Of a DNA stretch of 64,000 bases, positions 37,803-51,109 are shown piece by piece. Every line of letters starts with the position of its first letter. Position 1 is the stretch's first letter. The translations under genes and the position numbers were made by a program. The stretch is from positions 79,422,001-79,486,000 of the forward strand of contig NC_135896.1 of the NCBI RefSeq assembly GCF_964194155.1, given 5' to 3'. The notes beneath the pieces are model-generated. The model ran no database searches, had not been told where the DNA came from, and saw nothing but the letters and a program-made list of their open reading frames with translations. Origin of the DNA: Cetorhinus maximus. Its lineage: Eukaryota.

Positions 37803-39295
37803 ATATTTGTAAATTGAGCTCTTTACAGATTTCTTTTTTTTGCAAATTCCAACATGAAGTTTTCACCAAATAACCTGAAATGGCTGTCATTTGCCAGGCA
37901 GCTTCATATAATAAAGTTACATTGTGTTACTGTTATAACTATTAGCCGAGATTTATGTAGAAAACTGACAGTATCCCTGTTGTGGGCCTAGAGAGGTCCA
38001 CAAAATGGAGAACCACTTGACTCCGCTCCTTCATTGTATAAGCTGACAAATTGTAAATTTAGAGCCATTTCTCAAAGGATGTAAGATTTGTTGTTCTCGG
38101 AGGGCAAAAATTCTGGAGAGACGTCTAATAGATCGGCTCTTAGACTTGTAGCTGAAATCATTCCCCCAGGTCATGAGAATCTAGAGAGTACAGCTGTATT
38201 TTCTCTGGCCTACACACTGGTTTTGACAGTGCACTAAAGCCCGTAGAGAAAAGAAATTTAAAACTGCAGTTTTTATTAACTGGAATAGTAATGATGTATT
38301 GTGATGGTTATTTCTCTGGAGTGAAAATCCGTCCTACGCACTTCATGTTCATTAATCAAAAGTTACTGATCTTGTATCAGTGACACTTCATTTAACATTT
38401 TTTATTGTGGTATCTTTTTTCTGGAAGTGGAGCTCCTACCTCTCCATTATTGAAGTTGCATCCAAGAAAGCCAGGTTCCTCTTTTATAGCAAACACGTTT
38501 TCCTCTTAATTCTCTGTAAACTCCTAAGGTCTTCTAGTACCTCTGCCATATTCCTGAACAGGGCAGAAGAGAAAGCTCGTCAACTGATTACTTCAGGGCT
38601 GAATTAGACAGATTTTTGATTGACAAGGGTGTCTAAGATTATGGGTCAGGCAGAAAAGGGAGTTAAGGTCACATCAGATCAACCATGATCTTATTGAGTT
38701 GTGGAGCAGGCTCAAGGAGATAAATGGCCTACTCCTCCTATTTCTTATGTTCTTAAGTTCTTATGTTATTTTCCCACTATCCTGGCCAATACCTCTAACC
38801 TCTTCATCGTAACCAATTTGTTGCACTGTTTGCCAATCCTAGTATGGTGGGTGCTCTTATAAGCTTTCTTTTTTCTGTTGTTGCTAAGTTCTAGGTGTGC
38901 TATTCTATTCCATGGTGAAATCGAGACCCATCACCCAGTCTTCTCCTTGATCCTAGGGCATCTAAACTGAAACCCCTGAACCGCCATGGTCATTCGCTTC
39001 CTCCTGCACTGATTAATCTTTTAAAACCTCCCACGACCTGATATATTCCATCTCCTCTTAACTTCCTTCTACCATGATGCTTTCCTGCCCTGGGTCAATA
39101 TAAAAAATGTTTGAATCATGAAATCTTGCATTTAGGAGCATTGTATTACATCACCAGCACTTCCACTTTTGGCCTTTATTGCTCTGTTGCAGTTTAAAAT
39201 GCTACCATTCCAAATTTGTAACATTTTTAAATGAGTGAAAATACTCAAAAATGTTTTTGTGCTTTCATATCTCAACTGGATTGTTAACAGTTGTG

Positions 39296-39325
39296 TTAAT
39301 TAATTAATTAATTAATTAATTAATT
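39296..39325. repeat. (TTAA)n microsatellite
   Basis: ttaattaattaattaattaattaattaatt. Confidence 0.95.
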
Positions 39326-39449
39326 ATTGTTGGCACTGGTCATGCATTTTAGTGTGGAAGTGAAGAAAAGTAGAAGTGCAATAATCAAAGATAAAAATTG
39401 TAGACTAGCATCTGCCTCTATTTGTTTCAACCAGAAGTTTTTTTACATT

Positions 39450-41075
39450 AAACATAGAAACTAGGAGCAGGAGTAGGCCATTTGGCCCTTCGAGCCTGCT
39501 CCGCCATTCATTATGATCATGGCTGATCATCCAACTCAATAGCCTGCTCCCACTTTCTCCCCACACCCTTTGATCCCTTTCGCCCCAAGAGCTATATCTA
39601 ACTCCTTGTTGAAAACATACAATGTTTTGGTCTCAACTGCTTTCTGTGGTAACGAATTCCACAGGCTCACCGCTCTCTAGATGAAGAAATTTCTTCTCAT
39701 CTCAGTCCTAAATGGTCTACCCCATATCCTCAGACTATGACCCCTGGTTCTGGACTCCCCCACCATTAGGAACATCCTTCCTGCATCTACCCAGTCTAGT
39801 CCTGTTAGAATTTTATAGGTTTCTATGAGATCCCCCCTCATTCTTCTGAACTCCAGCGAATATAATCCTAATCAACTCAATCTCTCTTCATATGTCAGTC
39901 CCGCCATCCCAGGAATCAGTCTGGTAAACCTTCACTGCACTCCCTCTATAGCAAGTACATCCTTCCTCAGATCAGGAGACCAAAACTGCACACAATATTC
40001 CAGGTGCGGTCTCACCAAAGCCCTGTGCAATTGCAGCAAGACATCCTGTACTCGAATCCTCTGGCTATGAAGGCCAACATACCATTTGCCTTCTTTACCG
40101 CCTGCTGCAGCTGCATGCTTACCTTCAGCGACTGGTGTACGAGGATACCCAGGTCTCGTTGCACATTCCCCTCTCTCAATTTATAGCCGATCAGATAATA
40201 ATCTGCCTTCCTGTTTTTGCTACCAAAATGGATAACCTCATGTTTATGCACATTATACTGCATCTGCCATGCATTTGCCCACTCACTCAGCTTGTCCAAA
40301 TCACACTGAAGCATCTCTGCATCCTCCTCACAGCTCACCCTCCCACCCAGCTTTGTGTCATCTGCAAATTTGGAGATATTACATTTAATTCCCTCATCTA
40401 AATCATTAATATAGATTGTGAATAACTGGGGTCCCAGCACCGATCCCTGCGGTACCCCACTAGTCACTGCCTGCCATTTGGAAAAAGACCCTTTCTACTC
40501 TTTGTTTCCTATCTGCCAACCAGTTTTCTATCCATCTCAATACACTACCCCCAATCCCATGCGCTTTAATTTTACATGCCAATCTCTTATGTGGGACTTT
40601 GTCGAAAGCCTTCTGAAAGTCCAAATAAACCACATCCACTGGCTCCCCCTCATCAACTCTACTAGTTACATCCTCAAGCATGATTTCCCTTTCGTAAATC
40701 CATGCTGACTATGTCTGATTCTGCCACTGTTTTCCACGTGCTCAGCTATTAAATCTTTTATAATGGACTCTAGAATTTTGCCCACTACCAACATCAGGCT
40801 GACTGGTCTATAATTCCCTGTTTTCTCTCCACCTCCCTTTTTAAATAGTGGGGTTACATTAGCTACCCTCCAATCTGTAGGATCTGTTCCAGAGTCTATA
40901 GAATCTCGGAAGATGACCACCAATACATCCCCTATTTCTAGGGCCACTTCCTTAAGTCCTCTGGGATGTAGATTATCAGGCCCCGAGATTTATCGGCCTT
41001 CAATCCAATCAATTTCCCCAACACCATTTCCCTACTAATACTGATTTCTTTCAGTTCCTCCCTCTCACTAAACCT
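39450..41075 (-). mobile_element. CR1 LINE fragment (RT and 3' end)
   Basis: ORFs 40012-40467 (SGVPQGSVLGPQLFTIYINDLD...KFADDTKL), 40460-40681 and 40666-40947. Confidence 0.93.
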
Positions 41076-42447
41076 AAACTTAAGAGGAACTGAGTACCCC
41101 TTTTTGAAGAGGCACCACTAATAGACTGTGGCAAAAAGCAAAAACTTTGAAGGAAACTCAGCCAATTCAAGTGACATTCCCGAACGTGATGGTGCACTCA
41201 TTTGGTGCTCACCCGTCACATAAGGTCTCAAGCATACCAGGTAACATTGCATGCTCCCTCTCCAGGGATACCTGGGTACAGGCATAGCCACAGAAGAGTG
41301 CACTGTGTGGCCAAAGATGAGCGTGAAACTGAAGTACAGCTATCTTATGTTTAGAAAACAATATACTGTAGAATGTGGGTTTGAGGTCACAGTTCCCCCC
41401 ATGGTAACATTTCAATTGTGGCACAGCTGTGGTCCTGAGCTCTTTTGCACAGAAGAGAAGAGGAAGTAAGAAAGTAAACTTTTCTCACAGACTTAGGCTA
41501 TGGGCCGCATGAAGTGCATGTCAGAGGGTTACAATCAGGGTACCTGCCTGCATACCTTCCCAGTCAGAGAACAATACAAGAAAATGTCTAAATTGGAACA
41601 AGGAAGTAGCATATGCATTAGTACAACTGATCAACGAAAGGGTGAATTACAGAAAATTCGACCTCATTTTTTGCCAACTTTGCAGAGTGAAATTGACAAT
41701 TGCACTAAGTCCACACAACTTAAAAAAACACATACTGCAGATGGACCCTGCACATCTGTTTGACAGCAACCAGCCATGTAACCCAACTCATTACGCTTAA
41801 GTTTGTTTTTTTTAGTTTTTGTGCAGTTTCATGCCCGACATATTTGACACTTGTGTCCTTTTGTGGTAAATTACAAGGCCAGATGGCATCCCCAGGGGCT
41901 ACCATGAATCAAGCATGTGTAACTTGTGCATGGTGGCAAGCCCAGAGCTCTTTAGGCCAGTTTAAAGGGATTATTATTCCTGCACCCTGGAGGCCAGTTA
42001 ATATCATTGTGCAGGGATTGCTAACTCTCCAGCTTCCAGCACCAGTGATGATAGAATCTCCCTGTATAAAGCATGCTGATACATTTCCTTGTGACTCTGC
42101 TTTTAAACTGCAGATTTGCATGTTTTTGCAAACAAAACTATTCTGCAGGCACTAGAATAGTGTATTGCTGTGATCAATCATTGTAACTGTATCACCAGCT
42201 ATCATTAGTATTTCAGTGCAACAGTGGCATGGTTTGGTTTTATCTTCGTGGTAAAATTTAACTTTCCAAATGGTTTAGTGAGTATTGTGCATTGTGTAGA
42301 GTAGCCGTGCAGGCTGAAAAGATTGGTCTTTTCTGAGCTAGCTGATCTCATCAGTTGAGGGTGCTACCTTTGGCCACAGCACTCTGGTCTATCCAGGGAA
42401 AGAATCAGCTGAGGTTCCAGCTACATGTGGTTGTCAGGTGCGGCCTG

Positions 42448-42792
42448 AGCTTGACAAGGTAGATACTGAGAGGCTATTTCCCCTGGCTGAGGAATCTACA
42501 ACGCAAGGGCACAGTCCCAGGATAAGGGGTCAATTATTTAAGACTGAAGAGAGGAGAAATTTCTTCACTCAGAGGCTTGTAAATCTTTGGAATTCTCTAC
42601 CCCAGAGGGTTGTGAAAGCTCCATCATTTAAAACTGAGATAGACAGATTTTGGTCACTTGGAACCAAGGAATATGTGAAGTGGGCAGGAAAATGGAGTTC
42701 AGCCTGAAGGTCAGTCATGTTCGTATTGAATGACAGAGTGGACTCGAGGGGCCTCATGGCCTACTCCTGCACCTATTTCTTATGTTCTTATG
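42448..42792 (+). mobile_element. CR1 3' fragment
   Basis: ORF LDKVDTERLFPL...RRNFFTQRLVNLWNSLPQ plus tail cctatttcttatgttcttatgt. Confidence 0.88.
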
Positions 42793-44184
42793 TGGCGGCA
42801 CAGCTTTGGCTGTCTCCACATTTGAATTGCCTGCAAGCACTTTTCTAGCCTCTCATATTACGAATGGTCACCCAGGCAACCTGTGCCTAGTAAGACAAAG
42901 CACCTTTAAGAGAGGTGGTGTTGCCGGGTGAGGGGGGGTGATATTCAGAAGTATTGAAACTCTTATTAGAGGGCCATAAGCTAGACCATAAAAAGCCCAT
43001 TTGTTGTTCAGTACTATAACACTTTGCTACATATTAAATATTTAGTAGCTGATCCCGATTGGAAGGCAGATTTCAGAACCACAGGCATACGAAAGGAAAG
43101 ATCAGCAGGATTTCCCCCTTCTGATCACTTTTTAACGACACATGCTGGAAAGCAAACCTAAACACTAGTTGGATACTATCAGGCTCGGTAGTAGGATCCT
43201 TAACAACCAAATATCCTGCTAATATTTGCTGCTTGCACTCGTGCACACAAAGGTAGCGTGGTATTGATGACTGGTGCTCAGCACCCATGGATTTGCACTC
43301 CAGCCACAACTGAGTTGAGAAAAAGGCCAATGATGTGCGTACATGTATTTCTCTGAACAATTTACGTGTTTTGTTTGCAGATGGTATCTGTTTTTACTGA
43401 AGGGATGCTTGTGTCATTACCTTTCTTTGGAATGAATGGGATTATAGTTCTCATAAGGGTTTGAATAAAATAAAAGCAGCTGTTAATTGCCATCACTGGG
43501 CACTGGTCACTCTAAAACCATTAACACAGGCATTTCTTTCTGATTAGGAGATCACAATTATGCAAAGCACTGAGTTGTTAAGTATCTTGGCATCAAAACT
43601 GTCACGCATTAGAATGACACAATATGAAATACTCACTGAGTATGTTGGATTCCAGCCAAGCATAATATTATAGAGCTCTCTAACTTTGTTTAACCATTGC
43701 TTTAATCTGTCAGGGTTCAGTCCCGTTGTTACTGCATATAACAAGGCCAGCTTAATGGACATCTAAAATGGTTTAGGTATGGCTGCACACAGAGATTAGA
43801 TATATGAGTACCTTTTTCTTGTATTTTTTGACGCAGCTCATGTTGAGGCTAAGATACAGAAAGCAGCAAGAAACCAACAAAAAGTCTGCATTACAATTTG
43901 TTTCATTGTGTGAAACCTACCCCAAAAATGGATTTAATTTATATCAAGAACAAAAATACCCCCATTTACACTGGCAATCAACAGTCAGACCTGGAGTCAT
44001 CAAACCCCTGCTGACCTCCAGTCAGTGTAAACAAATCATAGGAGACAAAGTTGGAAGTGTAAACTGATGAGCAGGTTACGCATTCATGACAATACTGGCC
44101 AAGGTTGAGGAGTTTCTGAGGTGCTGTCAGCTTTGGGAAAACGTTGGGTGACATTTTGGCAAGCTTATTTAAACACATGGCACT

Positions 44185-44535
44185 ATTTGAATATAGGAGC
44201 TTGAGTAGCCAATTCAAGCCTGCTTGTGCCATTCAATCAAATCAGACCAGGGCTGATCTGGATATCAAATCACTTTTGATCCATAACTGTTGATACACTC
44301 ACCTAACAAAAATCTGTCAATCTCAAAATCTTAAAAAGTTGAATTCACCCAGCATCCATGACCTTTAAGGGGAAAGAGTTCCAGATTTCCACTCCCATTT
44401 TGTGAATGTACTTCCTGATTTCACCCTTGAATGAGTTAGCACTAATTTTAAGATCACATCCCATTGTTCTGGCCCTGTCCCCCCCAGAAGAAATAGTTTC
44501 TTTTTTTAATCTATCCAATCAGATCCTTTTATCTG
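44185..44535 (-). mobile_element. Old CR1 3' fragment
   Basis: aatataggagcttgagtagccaattcaagcc...ggggaaagagttccagatttcc. Confidence 0.7.
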
Positions 44536-45983
44536 TCATAATTGATTTATTTTTCTAATGTATTAACTGAATTGCCTTGATACTAAATTAGTTATTTCTA
44601 TTCCTCAATTTAGTATGTTAAGCCTATTTATATCTATTTACATATGTAAAGTTGATAGTTTAGGATTTTGCCCTTGCCTCTTATTTTTAAATAACCCCTT
44701 AATCTCCTATATTGTTAAAATTATAGGGTGGATAAATAATTGACCTTTTATTCCTCGGTTTCTGCTGCTCCTCTCTCTGTTGTCTAAGGTGTAAATTTTT
44801 CAAATTCTTCCCGACTTTGTTTCAGCTCTGCTGCCACCTAAATTCCCCACACTGTTCAAATTCATTCAGGGCCTCTTCCATCATGCTACTCTGTGGTTTC
44901 CTGCAATGCTCCACTAAGGTTCCCCACACTCTTCAAATTTACGCCAGGCCTCAACTGCGATATTCCTCCAGGCTTCCTCACACCGTTTATTTTCACACTA
45001 GATCTCTCACACAATGCTTCATAACCCTAAAGAGAAGTTCTCCTTGTGACCTGGCCGATATTCATCATTTAACAAACCACCAGAAATAGACTAACTTCAT
45101 TCGTATCAGTGCTGTTTGTGCAATCCTGTATGCAAAAAGACTGCGCATTTGCCTACATAAGAATAGTGACTGCACTTTTAAGTCAAGGCCTTGGGACTTT
45201 ACTGAGTGATGTGATGAGGCACTTCATAAAAATAAGTTCCTTCCATTTTTATTTATTCAGTTTACAGCAATGTGATTAATAATAATTAAACTAAACTTAG
45301 TAAGAATTGACAGGTTGGTTATTGAATTTCTCATGAAGCTTATTGATGTCATGCACGGAAGTAAACAGCTGTCTTTTCTGAATTGACTAGAGATTATACC
45401 GTTAAATCTCTCCTCTGTTAGCTCACTGTTGCCTACCATTAATAATTTCCCATACAAAGTCATACAGCTGCACCTTCAACCTCCCATGTGGTGTTTTCAC
45501 AGCCAGAATTCATTCATCACCATTAGAAGATGCAATCTTCAACCACACTGACAGTCTTGTCACCAAAGCGTGTTCTGCTACTTACTGCAGCATGGCCACT
45601 CCTCGTTATTCTATGGAGTTGTTTGCTCGGTCCTCTAAACTGATTCTGAGCATCGACCTTGCACAGCACTTTCCAAAAGCATTCAGCCACCGTGTCTTTG
45701 TCAGAGTCCAGTTTTCAGTACAGTACAGTGGAACCTGTTATTTTCCTTCCAAGTGGTGCCAATAATTTGTCACAAATTACTAGCTGGACCAGTGAATTTC
45801 TTCAATGTTTCTTTTTAGCTCCTTCCCAAGTTCTGATGCCTCATTGACAATCACCATCTAGCAACATATGTGAAGATCTAGCCAAGTGTCAGAAACTGCA
45901 TGGGAGAAACTGGATTAATTTTTAAAAATGTAACACATGATGTACTTCTTTTCAGTGAAGTTTAGCAAAGATATGGTGGTAAT

Positions 45984-46500
45984 ACTTGCTGTTTAACCCT
46001 TGTGTAGATTTTTTTTAGTACATAAGATGGCAGAACACGTATTCATTATTTTACAGAAATGCTTTCTATGGTACAACTGACATATGTAACTCTTCCAGAA
46101 ATATGGTTTTAAAACTGCAGAGTGACTTATAGGTAACTTGAACCTGAGTAAAGAGAAGTAAATAGAAATAATTGGTGCTTTATTATACTGTTGTCTGTCA
46201 CTGTGGTGGAGCTAATGTGAAACAGAAATACATTGTGATGGGCAAATTGTTCCACTTGCTGTTTAACCCTTGTGTGAATTTTTCTTTATGTAGGGTAGCA
46301 GAAAACCTACTCATTATTTTACAGAAATGCTTTCAGTGGTACAATTGAGATTTGTAATTCTACTAGAAATGTGATTTTAAAGCTGTAGAGTGAGCTACTT
46401 TTACCCTGAGTGAAAAGAGGTTAATAGAAGAAATTGGTGTTTTATTATGCTATCACCCTGTCACTGGTAGGACTGATGTGGACAGTGATGGGCAAATTGC
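45984..46500. repeat. Diverged tandem duplication, 270-bp period
   Basis: acttgctgtttaacccttgtgt at 45984 and 46254. Shared blocks tcattattttacagaaatgcttt and gtgatgggcaaattg. Confidence 0.85.
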
Positions 46501-47741
46501 ATCAAAATTGCTCCAAATGTCTGGAGCAAGTTGACTTCCCGGCCTGAACTGTCCATTCGCAAACTCTGATGTAACACCACACTGCATCTCCTGGGAGATC
46601 CCTGCTGAAATCTTAAATCAAAGTAATGTGAGCTCTGATCAAGGGCACTTCTTGAGCTGGAGCAGCCAATCCAGTGTGCTTGGACCAATCATGCTGCTTA
46701 ATCTTGTTTTTTTTAAACAAAAGGTTCACCACAAAGTAGCAGTCCCTTATTTGGAAAAAATGTTCAATTTAATTTCACTGTTGATTTTAGTTTCCTTGCA
46801 TTATTCACTGACTTTAAGTTCAGATTCCCCATTTGGCATTCACTGTCCCTCTGATTAGTGTTAATAGAATCCAAGCCAGTTACTGAACTCAAAACTAAGA
46901 CACAGAACGTTTCTTTACTGCGAGTATTTGTTGATTTTGTTCAGTCTCATAGCTCTCCTCACACCCAGTGTCCCAGTTTTTTCCTATTTATTTGTGCTCA
47001 AAGTACTTAATTAAAGAATGACTTTCACTTGTGTACCCTAACAATATAATTAACAAACCATTAACACCTAGGAACACAGAAACAGCATCATTTAGCCCCG
47101 TAAGCCTATTCCACCGCCATTCAATGAAATCATGGCTGATCTGTGACCTAACTCTATATAGCCGCCTTTGCCCCATACCTCTTAATACTCTTGGATAGCA
47201 AAAGTCTATCAATCTCAAATTTAACATCTGCAATTGATCATAGATCAGTTGCCACTTGCAGAACAAACTTCTACCACTTTTTGTGTTCAGAATTCTTTTC
47301 TAATTTCACTCCTGATTTTTAGACTATGTTCCCTAGTCCTACAGACTCCCCCAACTGGTGAAAATCATTTGTCTCTATCTACTCTGTCTGTTCTTCTTAA
47401 TATCATGAAAACTTCAATCAAGTCACTGCTTACCCTTCTAAATTCCAGGGATACAACTCTAGATTGTGTGATCTTTCCTTGTAAATTAACCCTTAGAATC
47501 CTGGTATAATTCTGATAAATCTATGCTGCCCTGTCTCCAAAACCAATATATGCTTCTTAGGAAGTGTTGCCCAGAACTGTTACAGTTTTCCAGGTGTGAT
47601 CTAACCAGGGCTTTATATAGCTGAAGCCTGACTTCTGTGCCCTTGTTTGCTACTCCCCTAGGAGTATGTTAGCTCATATGTTAGCCATATGTTAGCCCAA
47701 GATGTTCAACCTTTTCTCAATCACTGGGCCGGTGACGCTTT

Positions 47742-48085
47742 GACTGGGGTGGAAAGGTGTTGGGTGCTGGTGACCAATGCGGGATGGTGAAAGACTGTTG
47801 GGGGGGTGCATTGGTGGTGCGAGAGTGGGAAGTGGGTTTCTGATCAGTCCATAATAGTGGGAGAGGTGGGTTGCTAAAGAGAATGTATGAGTTGGGGGTA
47901 ACGGTGACTCTCCGACTGGGGTGGAAAGGTGTTGGGTGCTGGTGACCAATGCGGGATGGTGAAAGACTGTTGGGGGGGTGCATTGGTGGTGCGAGAGTGG
48001 GAAGTGGGTTTCTGATCGGTCCATAATAGTGGGAGAGGTGGGTTGCTGAAGAGAATGTATGAGTTGGGGGTAACGGTGACTCTCC
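47742..48085. repeat. Near-perfect tandem duplication, 2 x 172 bp, followed by a (TC)-rich tract
   Basis: Units start at 47742 and 47914 with two substitutions seen. Pyrimidine tract at 48086-48200. Confidence 0.92.
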
Positions 48086-48370
48086 CTGCTCTCTCTCACT
48101 CTCTTTCTCTCCCCTGTGTCTCTCTCTCCCGCTCTCTCTCTCCCTCCTCCCACTCTCTCTCCCTCTCCATCCCTCTCTCACCCTCTCTATCTGTCCCTCT
48201 AACTCAGCGCTTTCTCCATGGTGATGGCTGTTTTTTGAACCATGTCACTCCCGGTTCCCGATCCCTGCCCTGGTTAGAAAGTGCCCTAGTCTATCCTTTT
48301 TAGGTCCGACATGGAAGGCATCACATTTGCCTACATTGAAATCCATATGCACAGTTTTGCCCATTCGCTT

Positions 48371-50152
48371 TTGTTTTCTTCATTCATGAGATGTGGGCTT
48401 CGCTGGCTATGCATTTATTGCCCATTCCTAATAGCCCTTGAGAAGGTGGTGGTGAGTTGCCTTCTTGAAGCTCTGCAGTCCATGTGGTGTAGGTACACCC
48501 ACAGTGCTGTTAGGGAAGGGAGTTCCAGGATTTTGACCCAGCGACTGTGAAGGAACGGCGATATATTTCCAAGTCAGGATGGTGAGTGACTTGAAGGGGA
48601 ACTTCTAGATGTTGGTGTTCCCATCTATCTGCTGCCCTTGCCCTTCTAGATGGTAGTGGTTGTGGGTTTGGAAAGTGCTGCCGAAGGAGCCTTGGTAAAT
48701 TCCTGCAATGCATCTTGTAGATGGTACACACTGCTGCCACTGTGCCTTGGTGGTGGAGGGAGTGAATGTTTGTGGATGTGGTGCCAATCAAGTGGGTTGC
48801 TTTGTCCTAGGTGGTGTCAAGCTTCTTGAGTGTTGTGGGAGCTGCACTTATCCTGGCAAGTGGGGAGTATTCCATCACACTCCTGACTTGTGCCTTGTAG
48901 GGGTTGGACAGGCATTGGGGAGTCAGTAGGTTGGTTACTCATCGCACGATTCCTAGCCTCTGACCTGCTCTTGTAGCCACAGTATTTACATGGCTAGTCC
49001 AGTTCAGTTCCTGGTCAATGGTAACCCCCCAGGATGTTGATAGTGGGTGATTCAATGATGGTAATGCCATTGAACATCAAGGGGCGATGGTTGGATTCTC
49101 TCTTGTTGGAGATGGTCATTGCTTGACATTTGTGTGGCGTGAATGTTACTTGCCACTTGTCAGCCCAAGCCTGGATATTGTCTAGGTCTTGCTACATTTA
49201 GACACGAACTACTTCAATATCTGAGGAGTCGCGCATGGTGCTGAACATCGCGCAATCATCGGCGAACATCTCCACTTCTGACTTTATGATGGAAAGAAGG
49301 CCACTGGTGAAGCAGCTGAAGATGGCAGGGCCGCAAACACTACCCTGAGGAACTCCTGTGGTGATGCTCTGGAGCTGAGATGGCTGACCTCCAGCAACCA
49401 CAATCATCTTCTTTTGTGCTAGGTATGACTCCAACCAGCGGAGAGTTTTCCCCCTGATTTCCATTGACTCCAGTTTTGCCAGGGCTCCTTGATGCCACAC
49501 TCTGTCAAATGCGGCCTTGATGTCAAGGGCAGTCACTCTCACCTCACCTTGGGAGTTCAGCTCTTTTGTTCATGTTTGAACCAGGGCTGTAATGAGGTCA
49601 GGAGCTGAATGGCCCTGGTGGAACCCAAACTGGGCGTCAGTGGACAGGTTATTGCTAAGCAAGTGCTGCTTGATAGCAATGTTGATGACCCCTTCCATTA
49701 CTTTACTGGTGATGGAGAGTAGGCTGATTGGATGGTAATTGGCCGGGTTGGATTTGTCCTGCTTTTTGTGTACAGGACATACCTAGGCAATTTTCCACAT
49801 AGCCGGGTAGATGCCAGTGTTGTAGCTGTACTGAAACAGCTTGGCTAGGGGTGCGGCAAGTTCTGGAGCACATGTCTTCAGTACTATTGCCAGGATATTG
49901 TCAGGGCCCATAGCCTTTGCAGTATCCAGTGCCTTCAGCTGTTTCTTGATATCACGTGGAGTGAATTGAATTGGCTGAAGGCTGGCATGTACGATGCTGG
50001 GGACCTCCGGAGGAGGCTGAGATGGATGAGATCCGCTCGGCACTTTTGGCTGAAAATTGTAGCAAATGCTTCAGCCTTATCTTTTGCACTTATGTGCTGG
50101 GCTCCGCCATCATTGAGGATGGGGATATTTGTGGAGTCTCCTCCTCCAGTGA
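48371..50152 (-). mobile_element. 5'-truncated copy of the tRNA-head LINE family
   Basis: ORFs 49198-49542 (DIKAAFDRVWH...GVPQGSV...MFADDC) and 49783-50043. Aligns to 7950-9692. Confidence 0.9.
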
Positions 50153-51109
50153 GGATCTATCAAAATCTCTTTGCAATTTTATGCTTCCATCTACACTACT
50201 TAAAGTGCAACTTATCTTTGGGTCATCAGCAAATTTGGATATGTGGCTTTTTATTCTATCATCTACATCAAACTGCTGGACTTAACCTGCATCTCAATCC
50301 CCACCTTTGTTTCCATTCTTCTCTTTGGGGAATTGCTTCATTTTTACTTGTCCTCTCCCTTTGATAGCCAACTGAGAGAGCAAACTCACAATGTTATTCT
50401 CCATTAAGTAAGTAGATTAACAAATTGTCCTTTGATCTGGGATTCAAACCAACCCAAGCTGATGGAATGAATGTCTCTCTGCTGACTAAATTGATTTTAA
50501 GTGAGAAGTGAGTTTAGAGTATTCTCTTGATGCCTGGTGATCTTAACACCATAGGATAACGCTGCTCACAAGTTGACAGTCTCTGAAAGGTGATATGGCT
50601 GGTGTGCTAGATTGGAAAATAAAGTTACACTGATGCAATAGAGAGTGCCCTTCAGCTGTGGCAGTCTGAACTGACAGTATATAGTGTACATTGCCCTTCA
50701 GGAACTACTGTTCTCCAGTCCATATGTGATAACAGCCATGCACAGCGTGCCTCTCCTAGCAGTTAAAATGTTACCATGTAGACAGCGTGGGATAACTGTG
50801 CCAGCATATTTTAATTTACTCCAGGTCCACTTAAAAAGTGTCCAGGAGGTCAAAATGGAAACCTCAGGCACAGTTTAAATTTGGTTTGACATTGCATTGT
50901 AGTTGCATGCTATGAGTCTATCCCTCCAGGAAGCCTTGCGAGACTTAGCAGTGAAATTGTGTTGATTCTAGATTCGAGTTTCATCATAATGTTGGTGAGA
51001 AATGTTGCTAAGTGGAAACACCTGTTTCATTATATTCAAGTGTTCAATAGATGCAACACTTTTATCCAGCCTGCTCGTCAAAAACAAAAGGATCTGTTGT
51101 AACATGGTG

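Larger units (their letters stand above)
47070..50250 (-). mobile_element. CR1 fragment interrupted by two insertions (~47722-48273 and 48371-50152)
   Basis: Tail at 47070, gcccagaactgttacag (reverse of CxQFWA), resumes at ttagaaag...cacatttgcctacattgaaatcc and again at tcatcagcaaatttgg (KFADD). Confidence 0.75.

Noticed and set aside
41085-42160. Cluster of overlapping 60-130 aa ORFs in unique-looking DNA
   Set aside because: No recognisable domain or consistent exon structure. RMDN needs no exon between 17425 and 54277.
47692-48181. Two ~154-aa minus-strand ORFs
   Set aside because: They come from the (GA)-rich tract and the 172-bp duplication.
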